A stretch of 64,000 nucleotides of DNA from an uncultured Spirochaetota bacterium. Its GTDB lineage: Bacteria; Spirochaetota; Brevinematia; Brevinematales; JAOACQ01. Location of the stretch: contig CAWAOD010000014.1 of assembly GCA_963783575.1 (NCBI GenBank), positions 379,218 to 443,217 of the forward strand, given 5' to 3'. Each line of letters opens with the position of its first letter. Positions within the stretch are counted from its first letter, which is position 1. Both the position numbers and the translations under genes were made by a program. Positions 18,977-30,607 of the stretch are shown here, one piece after another. The notes below the pieces were generated by a model. That model was not told the DNA's origin. It saw only the letters and a program-made list of their open reading frames with translations, and searched no databases.

Positions 18977-18992
18977 AATTTACCCCCATCTC

Positions 18993-19631
18993 CTATTCGT
19001 TGGCTGTCTCATGCGCGCTTTTAATTCTCTTCATCTGAAAAAAAGTTTCTCTCTCTCTTTCTTCCAGAGTATCCTGAATAAATTTTATTATTTCTTTAAA
19101 TTCGGGAATATATACATTTTCCAGAGCGTTGACTCGTCTCTGAGTTTTTTTAATTTCATAAGCGAGCCTCCAGGCCGCGGCCTCCACCTGGGCTACTTCA
19201 ATAACAAGTTTGGTAAGTTCCCTGGCATTTTTGAAAAGCCGGTCGAAATTTATGTTTGTCGTATAAAACGATATATCCGGACGTACAGGAGCTTCTATTT
19301 TATCCTTATATTTTACATTGGGCAGATTTACGCCCATAATTCCCTTTTCATGGACATCCACATCCGGTATCATTTTATGCCCCAGCACGATCCTTTCAAG
19401 TTCATATTCGCCCATCTCGATCTCAACAAGCCTCAGGAGTTCATAGCTTTTTTTCAGCAATAAATTCAGCCTTTCACGCTGTTCCTTGATCTTTGATATT
19501 ATCTCCACCAGGTGCATCACCAGCACTTCCCGCTTTTCTTCAAGCAGCGAATGTCCGTCAATTGAAAAAATCAACTGCGCTTTATATTCAAAGAGATTTG
19601 TTTTGGTTGGAGCGATTTCAGACGGATTCAT
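18993..19631 (-). CDS. atpD: V/A-type ATP synthase subunit D
   Basis: PTKTNL, LLEEKR, EIKKTQRRVNALE, LEERERE.FF. Confidence 0.95.
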   Translation of the reverse strand: MNPSEIAPTKTNLFEYKAQLIFSIDGHSLLEEKREVLVMHLVEIISKIKEQRERLNLLLKKSYELLRLVEIEMGEYELERIVLGHKMIPDVDVHEKGIMGVNLPNVKYKDKIEAPVRPDISFYTTNINFDRLFKNARELTKLVIEVAQVEAAAWRLAYEIKKTQRRVNALENVYIPEFKEIIKFIQDTLEERERETFFQMKRIKSAHETANE

Positions 19632-19640
19632 AAATGACCC

Positions 19641-21038
19641 CTATTCCTGTTTTTCACCCATATAATACTTTTGTATTTCTTCTTCCTTTAACCCTGACAA
19701 TTCGGTTTTAGGCAGCATAGAAACCATTTTCCATCCCAGGTTCAGACTGTCTTCCATCGACCTGTCCTCGTGAAAACCCTGTCCTATAAATTCCCTTTCA
19801 AAACGATCGCCGAACTTCAAATACGCCTGGTCTACCTTGCCCAATTCCTCTTCACCGACAATTGATGCGATCGAACGTACCTCTTTAACTCTTGCATAGC
19901 TTGCGTAAAGCTGCATAAAGAGATGGGGATGATCGTCCCTGGTGTATCCTTTACCGATACTGTCCTTCATTAATCTTGAAAGCGACGGAAGAATGTCCGA
20001 AGCCGGGTAAATGCCTTTTCCGTTAAGTTCCCTGCTCAGTACAATCTGGCCTTCTGTGATATATCCTGTCAGATCGGGAACCGGGTGTGTTATATCATCA
20101 TTGGGCATGGTTAAAATCGGTACCTGGGTTATGCTCCCAACTCTACCTTTAACCCTTCCGGCTCTTTCGTAAAGCGTAGAAAGGTCGCTGTACATATAAC
20201 CCGGAAAGCCTTTCCTGGCAGGTACTTCACCCCTTGCGTTGGCAATTTCTCTCAAAGCCTCGCAGTAACTCGTCATATCTGTCAGAATAACAAGGACATG
20301 CTTGCCTTTCTCGTAAGCCAGGTATTCCGCGGCTGTAAGAGCCACCCGGGGAGTAATTATCCTTTCTATTGAAGGATCGTCGGCAAGGTTAAGATACATT
20401 ACAACATTCTTTAGTGAACCTGTCTCTTCAAAATTATTTATAAAGAAAAACGCGTCATCGTGCTTGATCCCCATTGCCGCAAATACAACTGCAAAGTTTC
20501 CTGTTTCTTCCCCGGGGAGTTTGGCCTGGGCTGCGATCTGAGCGGCCAATTCGTTGTGAGGAAGTCCCGCCGCTGAAAATATCGGCAGCTTCTGACCTCT
20601 CACAAGCGTATTCATCAAATCTATAGTTGATACGCCCGTTTCTATGTATTCACGGGGATATGCCCTCATCACCGGGTTTAACGGCTCGCCGTTCACATTT
20701 TTTCTCACCTCGGGAATGATATCGGCTAAACCGTCAGACGGCCTGCCGAGTCCGTCAAATACCCTGCCGAGAATATTTTCAGACAACCCGATTTCCAGTG
20801 GTTTACCTGTAAAAAGCACCCTTGATTTCTTCGGGTTGATGCCGCTTGTACCTTCAAAAAGCTGGATAACAACAGCGTCATCCGATGTTTCCAGCACTTT
20901 GCCATGCCGAACGGTTCCATCAGGCAGTTTGATCTCCACCAATTCATCGTAGCCGATGCCTTTCATACCTTTAACAACCGCTAACGGCCCATTTATACCG
21001 GCAATACCAATGTGTTCTTTTATCATTTCCACAGGCAT
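19641..21038 (-). CDS. atpB: V/A-type ATP synthase subunit B
   Basis: [39 protein letters not shown]. Confidence 0.97.
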   Translation of the reverse strand: MPVEMIKEHIGIAGINGPLAVVKGMKGIGYDELVEIKLPDGTVRHGKVLETSDDAVVIQLFEGTSGINPKKSRVLFTGKPLEIGLSENILGRVFDGLGRPSDGLADIIPEVRKNVNGEPLNPVMRAYPREYIETGVSTIDLMNTLVRGQKLPIFSAAGLPHNELAAQIAAQAKLPGEETGNFAVVFAAMGIKHDDAFFFINNFEETGSLKNVVMYLNLADDPSIERIITPRVALTAAEYLAYEKGKHVLVILTDMTSYCEALREIANARGEVPARKGFPGYMYSDLSTLYERAGRVKGRVGSITQVPILTMPNDDITHPVPDLTGYITEGQIVLSRELNGKGIYPASDILPSLSRLMKDSIGKGYTRDDHPHLFMQLYASYARVKEVRSIASIVGEEELGKVDQAYLKFGDRFEREFIGQGFHEDRSMEDSLNLGWKMVSMLPKTELSGLKEEEIQKYYMGEKQE

Positions 21039-21061
21039 TTTACCACTCCAAAAATCTAATA

Positions 21062-22837
21062 TTATTCTTTATATACTTCTTCAAGGGTTTCGAATTCTTT
21101 AATCATAAACTTTTCAATTTCATCGATTTCCTGCAGCTTATCATTCGGAACACTCATTTTAATCCGGATAATTCTGGTTATGCACTGCATTTCTTTAATC
21201 TCAAAAATCGGGGCACCCATTCTTATAACATCTGCGGCCCTGTCAAAGAATTTCAACATCAATTTTAACATTTTCAGCTGTTTATCCGGGGTTGAATAAG
21301 TATCTATATCGTCATACGCGCCCTGTTGAAGGAAACCAAGCTTGATGATCCTGGCAACCTCAAGATAAAGCCTCTCACTATCCGGAAGGGCGTCCGGACC
21401 TATAAGTTTGACAATCTTCTGCAGTTTGTCCTCTTTTTGTAGAATTTCAAAAGATCTGTTTCGGATATCAAAATACTCTTTGGATACATTTTTATCCCAC
21501 CATTCCCTGCATTCTTCAACATACTGGCTGTAGCTTCTGATCCAGTTTATCGAGGGATAATGGCGGCTGCTGGCCAGCGTTTTATCGAGTTCCCAGAAAC
21601 AACGGACAAATCTTTTAGTATTTTGAGTGACAGGTTCGGAAAAATCCCCCCCGGGAGGAGAAACCGCGCCAATTGCTGTGATGGAGCCTTCTAACCCGGA
21701 TTTTACTTTTACATAACCCGCTCTTTCGTAGAAAGCGGCGAGCTTAGAGCCAAGATAAGCCGGGAAACCTTCTTCAGCGGGCATTTCCTCAAGCCTTCCC
21801 GAAAGTTCCCTCAACGCCTCAGCCCATCTTGAGGTTGAATCCGCCATTAAAGCGACATCATAACCCATATCACGGTAGTATTCCGCAAGCGTTATACCTG
21901 TATATATTGAGGCTTCCCTTGCCGTTACAGGCATATTCGAAGTGTTAGCAATCAAAATGGTTCTTTCCATCAATGGTTTACCGGTACGAGGATCGATTAA
22001 TTTTGGAAAATCCTCAAGAACTTCTGTAATTTCGTTTCCTCTTTCCCCGCATCCGATGTATACTATCACCTGCGCGTCAGCCCATTTGGCAAGCTGGTGC
22101 TGGGTTATAGTTTTACCGGTGCCGAAACCACCGGGAATCCCTGCTGTTCCGCCTTTTGCAATCGGGAAGAATACGTCCACCACCCTCTGCCCGGTTAAGA
22201 GCGGTATGGTAGGCTTCATTCTCTGCATAATCGGCCTAGGAAATTTTACAGCCCAGCGATGATAGAGTTTAACCTCAACTTCTTCATCCTGATCGTTTTT
22301 GACAACAGCGATTACGTCATTTAATGTATAGTCCCCTTCTTTTACAATATTTAAAATCGTACAGTTTAAATTCGGCTCCAGCAAAATCTTGTGTTCGATT
22401 ATGCTTGTTTCAGGAACCTTTCCAATTATCGATCCTCCGGTTAATTTCGCTCCGGCGGCAACTGCCGGTGTAAAGTGCCATTTCCTGTTTCTGTCAAGAG
22501 ATGAGACATTAATACCTCTTCCAATATATATTCCGCTTCTTTTGGCAATTTCTTCCAGCGGTCGCTGAATACCATCAAAAATATTTCCGATAATTCCAGG
22601 CCCTAATTCAACTGACAACGGTAAGCCTGTCCCAAAAATATCGTCTCCGGGTTTTACTCCGCTGGTATCCTCATAGACCTGAACTGTCGCAAACTCACCC
22701 TGTATGCTCAAAACCTCACCGATCAGATGATATTCGGAAACTTCAACAAGTTCCATCATCTTAAGCATGTCAAACAATTCCGCTTTAACGATCGGGCCGT
22801 TTACTTTAATAATCTTTCCAACCGCCTTATTTTCCAT
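21062..22837 (-). CDS. atpA: V/A-type ATP synthase catalytic subunit A
   Basis: Walker [42 protein letters not shown]. Confidence 0.97.
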   Translation of the reverse strand: MENKAVGKIIKVNGPIVKAELFDMLKMMELVEVSEYHLIGEVLSIQGEFATVQVYEDTSGVKPGDDIFGTGLPLSVELGPGIIGNIFDGIQRPLEEIAKRSGIYIGRGINVSSLDRNRKWHFTPAVAAGAKLTGGSIIGKVPETSIIEHKILLEPNLNCTILNIVKEGDYTLNDVIAVVKNDQDEEVEVKLYHRWAVKFPRPIMQRMKPTIPLLTGQRVVDVFFPIAKGGTAGIPGGFGTGKTITQHQLAKWADAQVIVYIGCGERGNEITEVLEDFPKLIDPRTGKPLMERTILIANTSNMPVTAREASIYTGITLAEYYRDMGYDVALMADSTSRWAEALRELSGRLEEMPAEEGFPAYLGSKLAAFYERAGYVKVKSGLEGSITAIGAVSPPGGDFSEPVTQNTKRFVRCFWELDKTLASSRHYPSINWIRSYSQYVEECREWWDKNVSKEYFDIRNRSFEILQKEDKLQKIVKLIGPDALPDSERLYLEVARIIKLGFLQQGAYDDIDTYSTPDKQLKMLKLMLKFFDRAADVIRMGAPIFEIKEMQCITRIIRIKMSVPNDKLQEIDEIEKFMIKEFETLEEVYKE

Positions 22838-22872
22838 AATCATCCTCAAAATACATAATAATTGACTCTATG

Positions 22873-23577
22873 TTATTTTTGAACCGCCCTGATTATACCC
22901 ATTGGGGTTTGCTCCCTTGACTGTCCCAGGGGATTATCCCTGAGAATGCCGAAAAGACTGTCTTTATCAAGCGATTTATCCGACCTTCCCAGAATTTTAC
23001 CTCCAAGATCGTTCAAATCCACAATTATAACTTTCACGTTAATTGTTTTACTGACTCTTTCAGCGGCCTTATCCGGTTTATCCGGGCCTAAAACCACATA
23101 TGTATTATATGGGGGCAATGTATTGTAAGTCGGCCCGTCTATCGATGACGCTTTATAACCGGCGACCCTGTAAAAATCCCCCTTCCTGCCCAGAAGTTTT
23201 CCAAGAAAACCTATAAATGCCGCAAATAAAATCCTTATGACTCCGCATTCCTTGAGTGCCATCTCCATAGTTTCAGGTATTCCCAGCCCAATACCGGCCG
23301 GTGTCTTTGTAACATGGTTTGAAAGAAATATGGCGAGAGGCCTGGGTTTGATTTCTTTCACCGGGAAAGCCCTTCCCTGGGTAATCGCAACGGCTTTTTC
23401 GCTGATAAAAAGTATGTCTCCGGGCTGAAGAATATTTAACGCGTATTTTTTAGCTATTTCCGCAATATCTTCTCCCTTTACTATCACATGAGTTTTTATT
23501 GGAATCCTTAAATAAGATTTTCTCTCAAACTCAATTTCCGCCATTTTTTCTTTCGTATTATTCTTTATATCTTGCAT
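22873..23577 (-). CDS. CofE/F420-0:gamma-glutamyl ligase-like protein
   Basis: PIKTH, ISEKAVAITQGR, IDG, LGP..P, IVDLNDLG, DNPLGQ..EQTP. Confidence 0.8.
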   Translation of the reverse strand: MQDIKNNTKEKMAEIEFERKSYLRIPIKTHVIVKGEDIAEIAKKYALNILQPGDILFISEKAVAITQGRAFPVKEIKPRPLAIFLSNHVTKTPAGIGLGIPETMEMALKECGVIRILFAAFIGFLGKLLGRKGDFYRVAGYKASSIDGPTYNTLPPYNTYVVLGPDKPDKAAERVSKTINVKVIIVDLNDLGGKILGRSDKSLDKDSLFGILRDNPLGQSREQTPMGIIRAVQK

Positions 23578-23609
23578 TATAACAACCTTATGACCACATA
23601 TATTAGTAG

Positions 23610-24200
23610 CTAGCTGCCAGTGACTGACATTGACTCGGATATCATTTTAATAAATCCTGGCTTCAGCTTATTAAATATATTTTCCAGTGAATTATCGATA
23701 TAGGAATCACCGGCAATGCCAATTACGCCACCCATAATTTTTACAGGAGGTAATAACGACAGTTTTTGATTAAATGCTTTATTGATTTCATTAAAAAAGG
23801 ACTCATCCTCTTTATTCAGAGAAATTCCTATATTATCCACACCAATTATATTGATGGTATTCGATATCAATTTAATCAAAAAACCTTTGTATTTTTCAGG
23901 ATTATTTTTCAGGAACTGGAATAATTCATGACAAGATTCGTTTAACAGATTGTCGATTAATTCAACTTCAATTTTCTGTTTTTCCCGGTAAGCGTCAAGC
24001 TCGGCTTTTGCCATGAGTTTGGAAGTCAAACGCTTTAAATCGGATTCCAGAGTGTTTTTCTGCTTTGCATAATAAGCGTTCAATTCCTCCATTTTATCAA
24101 CAAGGACTTTATCAGCCTGCATTTTTGCCTGGTTTAATATATCATTATTAACAGCCTCAGAATCTTTATTAATCTCATCCAGAATCTCTTGTAAACCCAT
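23610..24200 (-). CDS. atpE: V/A-type ATP synthase subunit E
   Basis: MGL..I..EI coiled coil; I.GGVI....IDNS. Confidence 0.85.
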   Translation of the reverse strand: MGLQEILDEINKDSEAVNNDILNQAKMQADKVLVDKMEELNAYYAKQKNTLESDLKRLTSKLMAKAELDAYREKQKIEVELIDNLLNESCHELFQFLKNNPEKYKGFLIKLISNTINIIGVDNIGISLNKEDESFFNEINKAFNQKLSLLPPVKIMGGVIGIAGDSYIDNSLENIFNKLKPGFIKMISESMSVTGS

Positions 24201-24215
24201 AATTCCACCTTCAGG

Positions 24216-24527
24216 CTATATTCTGATACCAACAGCTTCTTTTATATAATCAGCGAGGTTTTTCATCGCTTCAACAGGACCCCTCGCACCGGGAATATCC
24301 AGAACCAGCGGAAGATCTTTTGAAAACCTTAGCTGCATAATAGCTTCCGAAGCCCACTGAGAGACCTCTTCGGTAACAATCAAAATACCGTAACTTTTTG
24401 ATTTTTTAATCCTTCTGATCTCCTCGATAGCCTCATCCTGATTCTCAATCACTTTCCCCTCAGCGCCTTCAAGCGCAAAAAGGAGAACGCTTTCTTTATC
24501 CCCTAAAACAATTGTCCTCATACTCAA
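24216..24527 (-). CDS. atpF: V/A-type ATP synthase subunit F
   Basis: LGD......F.L.G, PLV..IP, I..AVGI. Confidence 0.9.
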   Translation of the reverse strand: MSMRTIVLGDKESVLLFALEGAEGKVIENQDEAIEEIRRIKKSKSYGILIVTEEVSQWASEAIMQLRFSKDLPLVLDIPGARGPVEAMKNLADYIKEAVGIRI

Positions 24528-24560
24528 TTACCCGATATTAAAGCCGTACAAATAATCCGG

Positions 24561-25022
<462 letters not shown>

Positions 25023-25053
25023 TTATCCTCCAAAAATATTCTATTCTGAAAAT

Positions 25054-25082
25054 ATTATATATCTAATTTATTATAAAATCAA
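25054..25082 (-). promoter_or_regulatory. Putative sigma70 promoter of the ATPase operon
   Basis: Minus strand TTGATT-N17-TATAAT, 35 nt upstream of the atpK start. Confidence 0.6.
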
Positions 25083-25140
25083 TAATAATATTATTGCTAT
25101 CGGTAATAATACATGATTAACAATTTGAATCAATTATAAA

Positions 25141-25710
25141 CTACCACTTTTCATTCTGGTATATAAGTGACAGGAATTCACTTCTGGTCGTATGTGATTT
25201 CCTGAAAACCCCAAGCACGGAAGATGTTATCATATTTGAATTCTGTTTTTCCACACCTCTCATCATCATGCACAGGTGCCTTGCTTCAATGACAACACCC
25301 ACTCCCAAAGCATTTATATTCTCCTTAATCGCGTGAGCAATCTGATCAGTTAGCCTTTCCTGGATTTGCAGTCTTCTTGAAAACATATTCACAATCCTTG
25401 CCAGTTTACTGGCTCCGAAAACTTTTCCATCGGCAATATAACCGATATGACAACGTCCATAGAACGGCAGCATATGATGCTCGCACATACTGTATACTTC
25501 AATATCTTTAACAATAATCATATTACTGGTTTCCTGAATAAAGATCGCTTTATTAATCACATCTTTGATATCAGTATTATAACCGGAGGTTAAAAATTTT
25601 AAAGACTCAGCAAATCTGTGAGGGGTTTTTACCAGTCCGTCCCTGTCCGGATCTTCCCCTATTTCGATTAAAATCTCCCGAACCAATCTTTCAATTTTTT
25701 TGTTGTCCAT
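25141..25710 (-). CDS. folE: GTP cyclohydrolase I
   Basis: [36 protein letters not shown]. Confidence 0.97.
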   Translation of the reverse strand: MDNKKIERLVREILIEIGEDPDRDGLVKTPHRFAESLKFLTSGYNTDIKDVINKAIFIQETSNMIIVKDIEVYSMCEHHMLPFYGRCHIGYIADGKVFGASKLARIVNMFSRRLQIQERLTDQIAHAIKENINALGVGVVIEARHLCMMMRGVEKQNSNMITSSVLGVFRKSHTTRSEFLSLIYQNEKW

Positions 25711-26221
25711 TTTCAATAATCCTCCTGAGTATTTCAGTATAATGTAATAAAGGCCGCATCAGCCGGCCATCAAATCTTTCGGCAATTTTACGGATCGGAA
25801 TATTAAATTCAGGTAAAATAAGTGCGGGAAATAATTCAAATAAAGGGATCGCTATAAAAGGCCTTTCCATAATTTCCGGATCGGGAATATCCAATTTTCC
25901 ATTATGTATTACTTCATGATCGTACAAAAGTAAATCCAGGTCAATCAATCTTGCGGCAAACTTATCGGTTGAACGCTTACGGCCAATTTCGGCTTCAATT
26001 TTTCTCAATATAGAATATTTTAATTCATAAGGCGGCACGTCCGTTTCAATCATTAAAACTCCATTATAATATGCCGGCTGTTCCGGTCGCTCAACAGGCA
26101 ATGTTTTGTAAAATGTTGAAATTCTACGAATAAAAACTTTTAATAAAAGAAGCCTTATAGCTTTTTCAATATTCTTACCGGGATTAATGTTTGACCCTGT
26201 TCCGATAAATGCCGAAGACAT
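25691..26221 (-). CDS. folK: 6-hydroxymethyl-7,8-dihydropterin pyrophosphokinase
   Basis: IG.GSN, Y.N.V, IE...[14 protein letters not shown]....R.F. Confidence 0.93.
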   Translation of the reverse strand: MSSAFIGTGSNINPGKNIEKAIRLLLLKVFIRRISTFYKTLPVERPEQPAYYNGVLMIETDVPPYELKYSILRKIEAEIGRKRSTDKFAARLIDLDLLLYDHEVIHNGKLDIPDPEIMERPFIAIPLFELFPALILPEFNIPIRKIAERFDGRLMRPLLHYTEILRRIIENGQQKN

Positions 26222-26225
26222 AATA

Positions 26226-26579
26226 TCATACCTTTTCCCTTATTACTTCAACACCTACACTCCTTGCAAACCTTAGAGCTGACGGCTTCTCCACAAGAAC
26301 CTTCACTGCAAGGACCCTCTCAAATTCCAGGCAGATTTCCGCGATTTTCCCGGCTAAAGCTTCAATTAAAAAATATTGTGAAGATTCAGCAAAACTATAG
26401 ATTCTCTTTTTAATTGCCCTGTAATCAACTGCATCGGCTATGTTATCCGTCGAACCGGCAATTTTGAGATCGGCCGAGATTGTAATATTAATAATGACAT
26501 CCTGTTTATCGCGCCTTTCTTCTTCATTGATGCCGATTATGCATCTGACCAGCAGTTCTTTAATATAAATCTTATCCAA
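26226..26579 (-). CDS. folB: Dihydroneopterin aldolase/epimerase (FolB/FolX family)
   Basis: IGI..EER..KQ, VDY, LIE.LA, KP.A. Confidence 0.85.
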   Translation of the reverse strand: MDKIYIKELLVRCIIGINEEERRDKQDVIINITISADLKIAGSTDNIADAVDYRAIKKRIYSFAESSQYFLIEALAGKIAEICLEFERVLAVKVLVEKPSALRFARSVGVEVIREKV

Positions 26580-26583
26580 ATGT

Positions 26584-27315
26584 TCACTCCTTTAAACTCT
26601 TGCCCCCATCTACATAAATAACCTGCCCTGAAATAAAATCATTTTTAAGTAAAAAAATAACACTATCGGTTATATTATTCAAATTACCATGCTTTTTTAA
26701 TGGAATTGATGCTGCCAATTCATCCATGAAGGGTTCTCCTTCTTTTTGAGGCGGCAGGATTAATCCCGGGGCGATACCATTCACCCTTATTTCCGGTGCG
26801 AATTCCAGTGCCATCACTCTTGTAAAAGATTCAAGGACCTGTTTGCTGATAATATATCCGGTATGCTTAAAATCGAATCCTTTAATCCTGGTATCAAGAA
26901 GATTTATAATGCAGCCCTTTTTAATTTTTTCTGTAAATGACCGTGAAAGGGAGAAAGGAACCCAGGCATTAATTATCAAATCTTCAATAAAACCTTCTCT
27001 TGTTAAATTCCATACTGTGCTTTCATTAAAAGTCGAGGCACTGTTAATTAAAAAATCAATGCCGCCGGACTTTTCAACAGCTAAATCGATAATATTTTCA
27101 TATTCATCCTGATTTTTAAAATCCGCTTTTAAAAGCCAGGATTTAACAGAAAATTTATCAAGTTCAATCTTTAAATCCCGTGCCTCGCTTTCTGATTTTC
27201 GGTAGTGTATTATTATATTTACCCCTTCCGAAGCAAGGGAAAGGCAGACAGCACGGCCGATTCTTTTAGCACCCCCTGTAACCAGTGCGATTTTACCTGA
27301 TAGTTTGTTATCCAT
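26584..27315 (-). CDS. folM: Pteridine reductase-like SDR (FolM/PTR1 family)
   Basis: TGGAKRIG, HY..S, INSAS.F, Y..SK, RVNGIAPG. Confidence 0.75.
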   Translation of the reverse strand: MDNKLSGKIALVTGGAKRIGRAVCLSLASEGVNIIIHYRKSESEARDLKIELDKFSVKSWLLKADFKNQDEYENIIDLAVEKSGGIDFLINSASTFNESTVWNLTREGFIEDLIINAWVPFSLSRSFTEKIKKGCIINLLDTRIKGFDFKHTGYIISKQVLESFTRVMALEFAPEIRVNGIAPGLILPPQKEGEPFMDELAASIPLKKHGNLNNITDSVIFLLKNDFISGQVIYVDGGKSLKE

Positions 27316-27335
27316 ATTAATCCCATAATCTATAA

Positions 27336-28544
27336 TTAGAAAGGTATTGCGGTTTTCAATTCTTCAGGGTTTATTTTATTCTGCTTTTTGATTAATTCCC
27401 TGGCGGCTTCAATTTTATCCCATACATTACACAACATTACACCCTTAACAATGCCATCGCTTATATAATATATAATCCCGGTATCGTTTTCCTTTTTCCA
27501 GACAGTTTGTATCTGGAGCTGTGAATTGATTTCACCGGCCGCCTCATAGCCGAAATCAAATAAATCCGAGAAAAAGTAAGGAATTACATCAAATTTTATG
27601 CTCGCTCCCGCCATATTTCTCCCAGCCGCTTTACCCTGTTGAATTGAATTGTCCCAGTGTTCCAGGCGCATACGCTTATCAAGAAAAGCCATCATAAAAT
27701 TAGTATTATCGCCTGCGGAAAAAATATCCGGATTAGAAGTACATAAATATTCATCAGCTATAATGCCGTTGCCGGTTTTTAAACCGGCTTTTTCCGCAAG
27801 TACGGTATTCGGAGCAATCCCGATACCGGCTATAACGATGTCCGATCTTATTTCTTTTCCTTTCCCGGTTTTAGTAATAATCCGGCCATTCATTTTCTCA
27901 AAAGAAACAGGTACATCCCCATTTACAACTACAATCCCTTTTTCAATATAGAACTTTTGAACCGTCTTTCCGAGATTTTCAGGAAAAATCCTTTGAACGA
28001 TATAATCTTCAGGGAAGATCATAGTAACATCAAGATTATTGATTTTAAGCGCTGCAGCGATTTCCGAGCCGATAAATCCTCCGCCGATAATAACCGCTTT
28101 TTTACCTGTAGATGCCAGCCCTCTTAAATTCTTATAGTCATCAAGGGTTCTGAAATATATTATTTCATCCAGATTGCCGCCCGGGATATTAAGTTTTCTC
28201 GGATTTCCGCCGGTTGCCAGAAGCAGTTTTTTATATCCGAAGTCATCGCCTTTATCCGTTGTTATAGTTTTTTTTATCGGATTGATTCCGGTAATTTCAG
28301 TCCCCAATAACAGATCAATATGTTGATTGTCATAATATACCTTATCATGAATAAAAATCTGCTCGACTGTTTTTTTTCCGAACCACAATTTTTTTGAAAG
28401 ATGCGGCCTGTCATAAGGCAAATCATTTTCCAAACCGGCAAGTAAGATCGGACCTCCGTGGTCAATCTCCCTGATTCCTTCAATAGCCGAAGCCCCGGCT
28501 AGCCCTCCGCCGATAATCACATATTGAAAATTTTTTACAGCCAT
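27336..28544 (-). CDS. FAD/NAD(P)-dependent oxidoreductase (ferredoxin reductase/MDAR-like)
   Basis: GGGLAG, PYDRP.LSK, LLATG, GGGFIG.E, AGD, EHWD.....G, PYFFSD. Confidence 0.9.
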   Translation of the reverse strand: MAVKNFQYVIIGGGLAGASAIEGIREIDHGGPILLAGLENDLPYDRPHLSKKLWFGKKTVEQIFIHDKVYYDNQHIDLLLGTEITGINPIKKTITTDKGDDFGYKKLLLATGGNPRKLNIPGGNLDEIIYFRTLDDYKNLRGLASTGKKAVIIGGGFIGSEIAAALKINNLDVTMIFPEDYIVQRIFPENLGKTVQKFYIEKGIVVVNGDVPVSFEKMNGRIITKTGKGKEIRSDIVIAGIGIAPNTVLAEKAGLKTGNGIIADEYLCTSNPDIFSAGDNTNFMMAFLDKRMRLEHWDNSIQQGKAAGRNMAGASIKFDVIPYFFSDLFDFGYEAAGEINSQLQIQTVWKKENDTGIIYYISDGIVKGVMLCNVWDKIEAARELIKKQNKINPEELKTAIPF

Positions 28545-28763
28545 AAAAACCTCCCTATCTTTTCTAAATAAATTTACAGTTTCCGGATTCTGATTATTGA
28601 AAATTAATTATCAAATAAATGATAGTTAATAATACTTATTAATGTCAAGGCATATTCAAGATTATTATTATTTTCAGAAACATTTGAAAAAATGTGAATA
28701 TTTGATAAAGATCTGACATTATATTAATATTTAAATAGAATAATTTATTTTATGGAGATTTTG

Positions 28764-29120
28764 ATGAATAGATTTTTATTATCGATAAAATTTGTTGTAA
28801 TATTTATTACAATTTTAATATATACCTCATGTCCGGTAACACCCAATGAAAATACTCCATTTGTTCAAAATTATGTTGATATAAGAAACAATACGTTTAA
28901 TCCTTCAAGCCTTACTGTACCAATAAATACAACTGTTTACTGGACAAATAATGATTCAGCGCCGCATGATGTAATAAGCACTCTATCCGCTCCTTCTTTT
29001 GACTATCCTTCCCTTCAGCCAGGCACGGGGTGCAGCGTATTCTTCTCTAAAGCCGGTACAAACAGCTATCATAGTAATTCTCCAACTTATTTTACAGGTG
29101 TTATAATAGTAACGCAATGA
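28764..29120 (+). CDS. Cupredoxin-fold lipoprotein with a degenerate copper site
   Basis: Lipobox TSC; F.PS.LTV...TTV.WTN.D..PHDV; L.PG. Confidence 0.75.
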   Translation: MNRFLLSIKFVVIFITILIYTSCPVTPNENTPFVQNYVDIRNNTFNPSSLTVPINTTVYWTNNDSAPHDVISTLSAPSFDYPSLQPGTGCSVFFSKAGTNSYHSNSPTYFTGVIIVTQ

Positions 29121-29254
29121 TATTTTATTTTCTAATATCCCTTCATCGAATGCGCAATTTCCTTAACTAAAATCCCGGGAATTTATCCGGGAAGATGAAA
29201 AATATTATCCGAAAATAAATATAGTGCAAAATAAAAAACGGTTTATAAAATATA

Positions 29255-29280
29255 AAACGGGACGGCAAACCATCCCGTTT
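29255..29280 (-). terminator. Rho-independent terminator of the porin-like gene
   Basis: aaacggga..tcccgttt stem followed by a T-rich run on the minus strand, ~46 nt after the stop. Confidence 0.65.
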
Positions 29281-29326
29281 GATTGTTAACTATTAAAAAG
29301 GATTTTCTTCTTAATCAACCTACAAG

Positions 29327-30607
29327 CTACTGCCAGATTGTAAAGTTGATCTTATAATCAAGCTGGACATAAAAATTGATATAACCGTCATTTTTCGCAC
29401 CTGGAGCCATTGTAACTTCATAGAACGGCTTGATCTGTAGATTCGGAGTAGGCGAAATATTTAAACCGAGAAATAGATTGGAGTATTTAACAGCCGTTGC
29501 TGAAGAAACATTTGTAGCCTGTGCCTGGTCATTCTCATTAACTATATCATACCTTATATAAGGAGTAACGGTATTATCCAGCAATCCATAACCCAGCATT
29601 ACTGATACAACAGAACCATTCCATACATTGTTTGTGCTGGCGACAGAGTTATCTGCATTTCTGAGTGAAACGCTCTGGTTTTCTCCAATATACTGAAAGA
29701 GGAAATCCACGGGTATTTTTAAATCACCGATTGCTATATTTTTTGCGGCAAGCAGGATGTCATAAGAAGCCTGAGTATTGGTGGTAGTATTTGTTACACT
29801 GCTGCTAAGCATCTTAACGACAGGATTCATACGGTAAGTAGCTCCTACTGAAACTCCCTGAATAGGCATAATATAAGCAGCTCCCTGAAGGGCGAGATTA
29901 TTCGCCTGGTTGTCGGAAGCGTCAACTACCAATGTATCATAACCTTCTCCGTTCAAAACCTCGAGATAATATTTCACAAGACCGTTGGGATTGTCATCAG
30001 TGGATAAAAATTTCCCCGAAAACATAAAACCGTAGTCTGCCGATGCGCTTGGTTTAACATTGCCGTACATTTCCGTAGCATCCTTGACAGGTATCGGGTA
30101 CTGCCAATCCGCTATATTACCGAAATATGACTTAATCAAACCGCCCGAGAAAACAACTTCATTTTTTAAGCCTAATGCGGTCAGAAAAGCATAATCAATG
30201 TAAGCGAATTTGATCGGTGTAGCCACAGGAACCGGAGTTAATGCAGTGGTTGAGGTTGATGTTGATGCGGCATTTGTTTTAATCGTACCGTCGCTATTTG
30301 TTGAAACGGTTGTTTTTGTAGTTGTAGTAGTAGCAGCACTTACTTTATTGAACTGGTCTTTCGCCAGATCAAATGTGAATCTTGCTTTAAGACCATTGCC
30401 AAACCAGTCTTTACCTATGTCACCCTGGACAGTCACATAAAACCTTGAAATTTGAAACGCGCCGCCGTCTTCAACTGGATAGTTCGGGTAGTTTGTAGTA
30501 ATAGTTTGATTATAATCCGCCCAGCCCTGAAGTTCCAGCGTTACAGACGAAAATGCGGAAACACCGCAGACCAAACAGATTAAAAGTACCAGAAACATTC
30601 TTTTCAT
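29327..30607 (-). CDS. Outer-membrane beta-barrel/porin-like protein
   Basis: Signal peptide; F.ISRFYV, KFAYIDY, NGEG and RYD motifs; alternating aromatic C-terminus. Start MKRMF follows GGAGG. Confidence 0.7.
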   Translation of the reverse strand: MKRMFLVLLICLVCGVSAFSSVTLELQGWADYNQTITTNYPNYPVEDGGAFQISRFYVTVQGDIGKDWFGNGLKARFTFDLAKDQFNKVSAATTTTTKTTVSTNSDGTIKTNAASTSTSTTALTPVPVATPIKFAYIDYAFLTALGLKNEVVFSGGLIKSYFGNIADWQYPIPVKDATEMYGNVKPSASADYGFMFSGKFLSTDDNPNGLVKYYLEVLNGEGYDTLVVDASDNQANNLALQGAAYIMPIQGVSVGATYRMNPVVKMLSSSVTNTTTNTQASYDILLAAKNIAIGDLKIPVDFLFQYIGENQSVSLRNADNSVASTNNVWNGSVVSVMLGYGLLDNTVTPYIRYDIVNENDQAQATNVSSATAVKYSNLFLGLNISPTPNLQIKPFYEVTMAPGAKNDGYINFYVQLDYKINFTIWQ

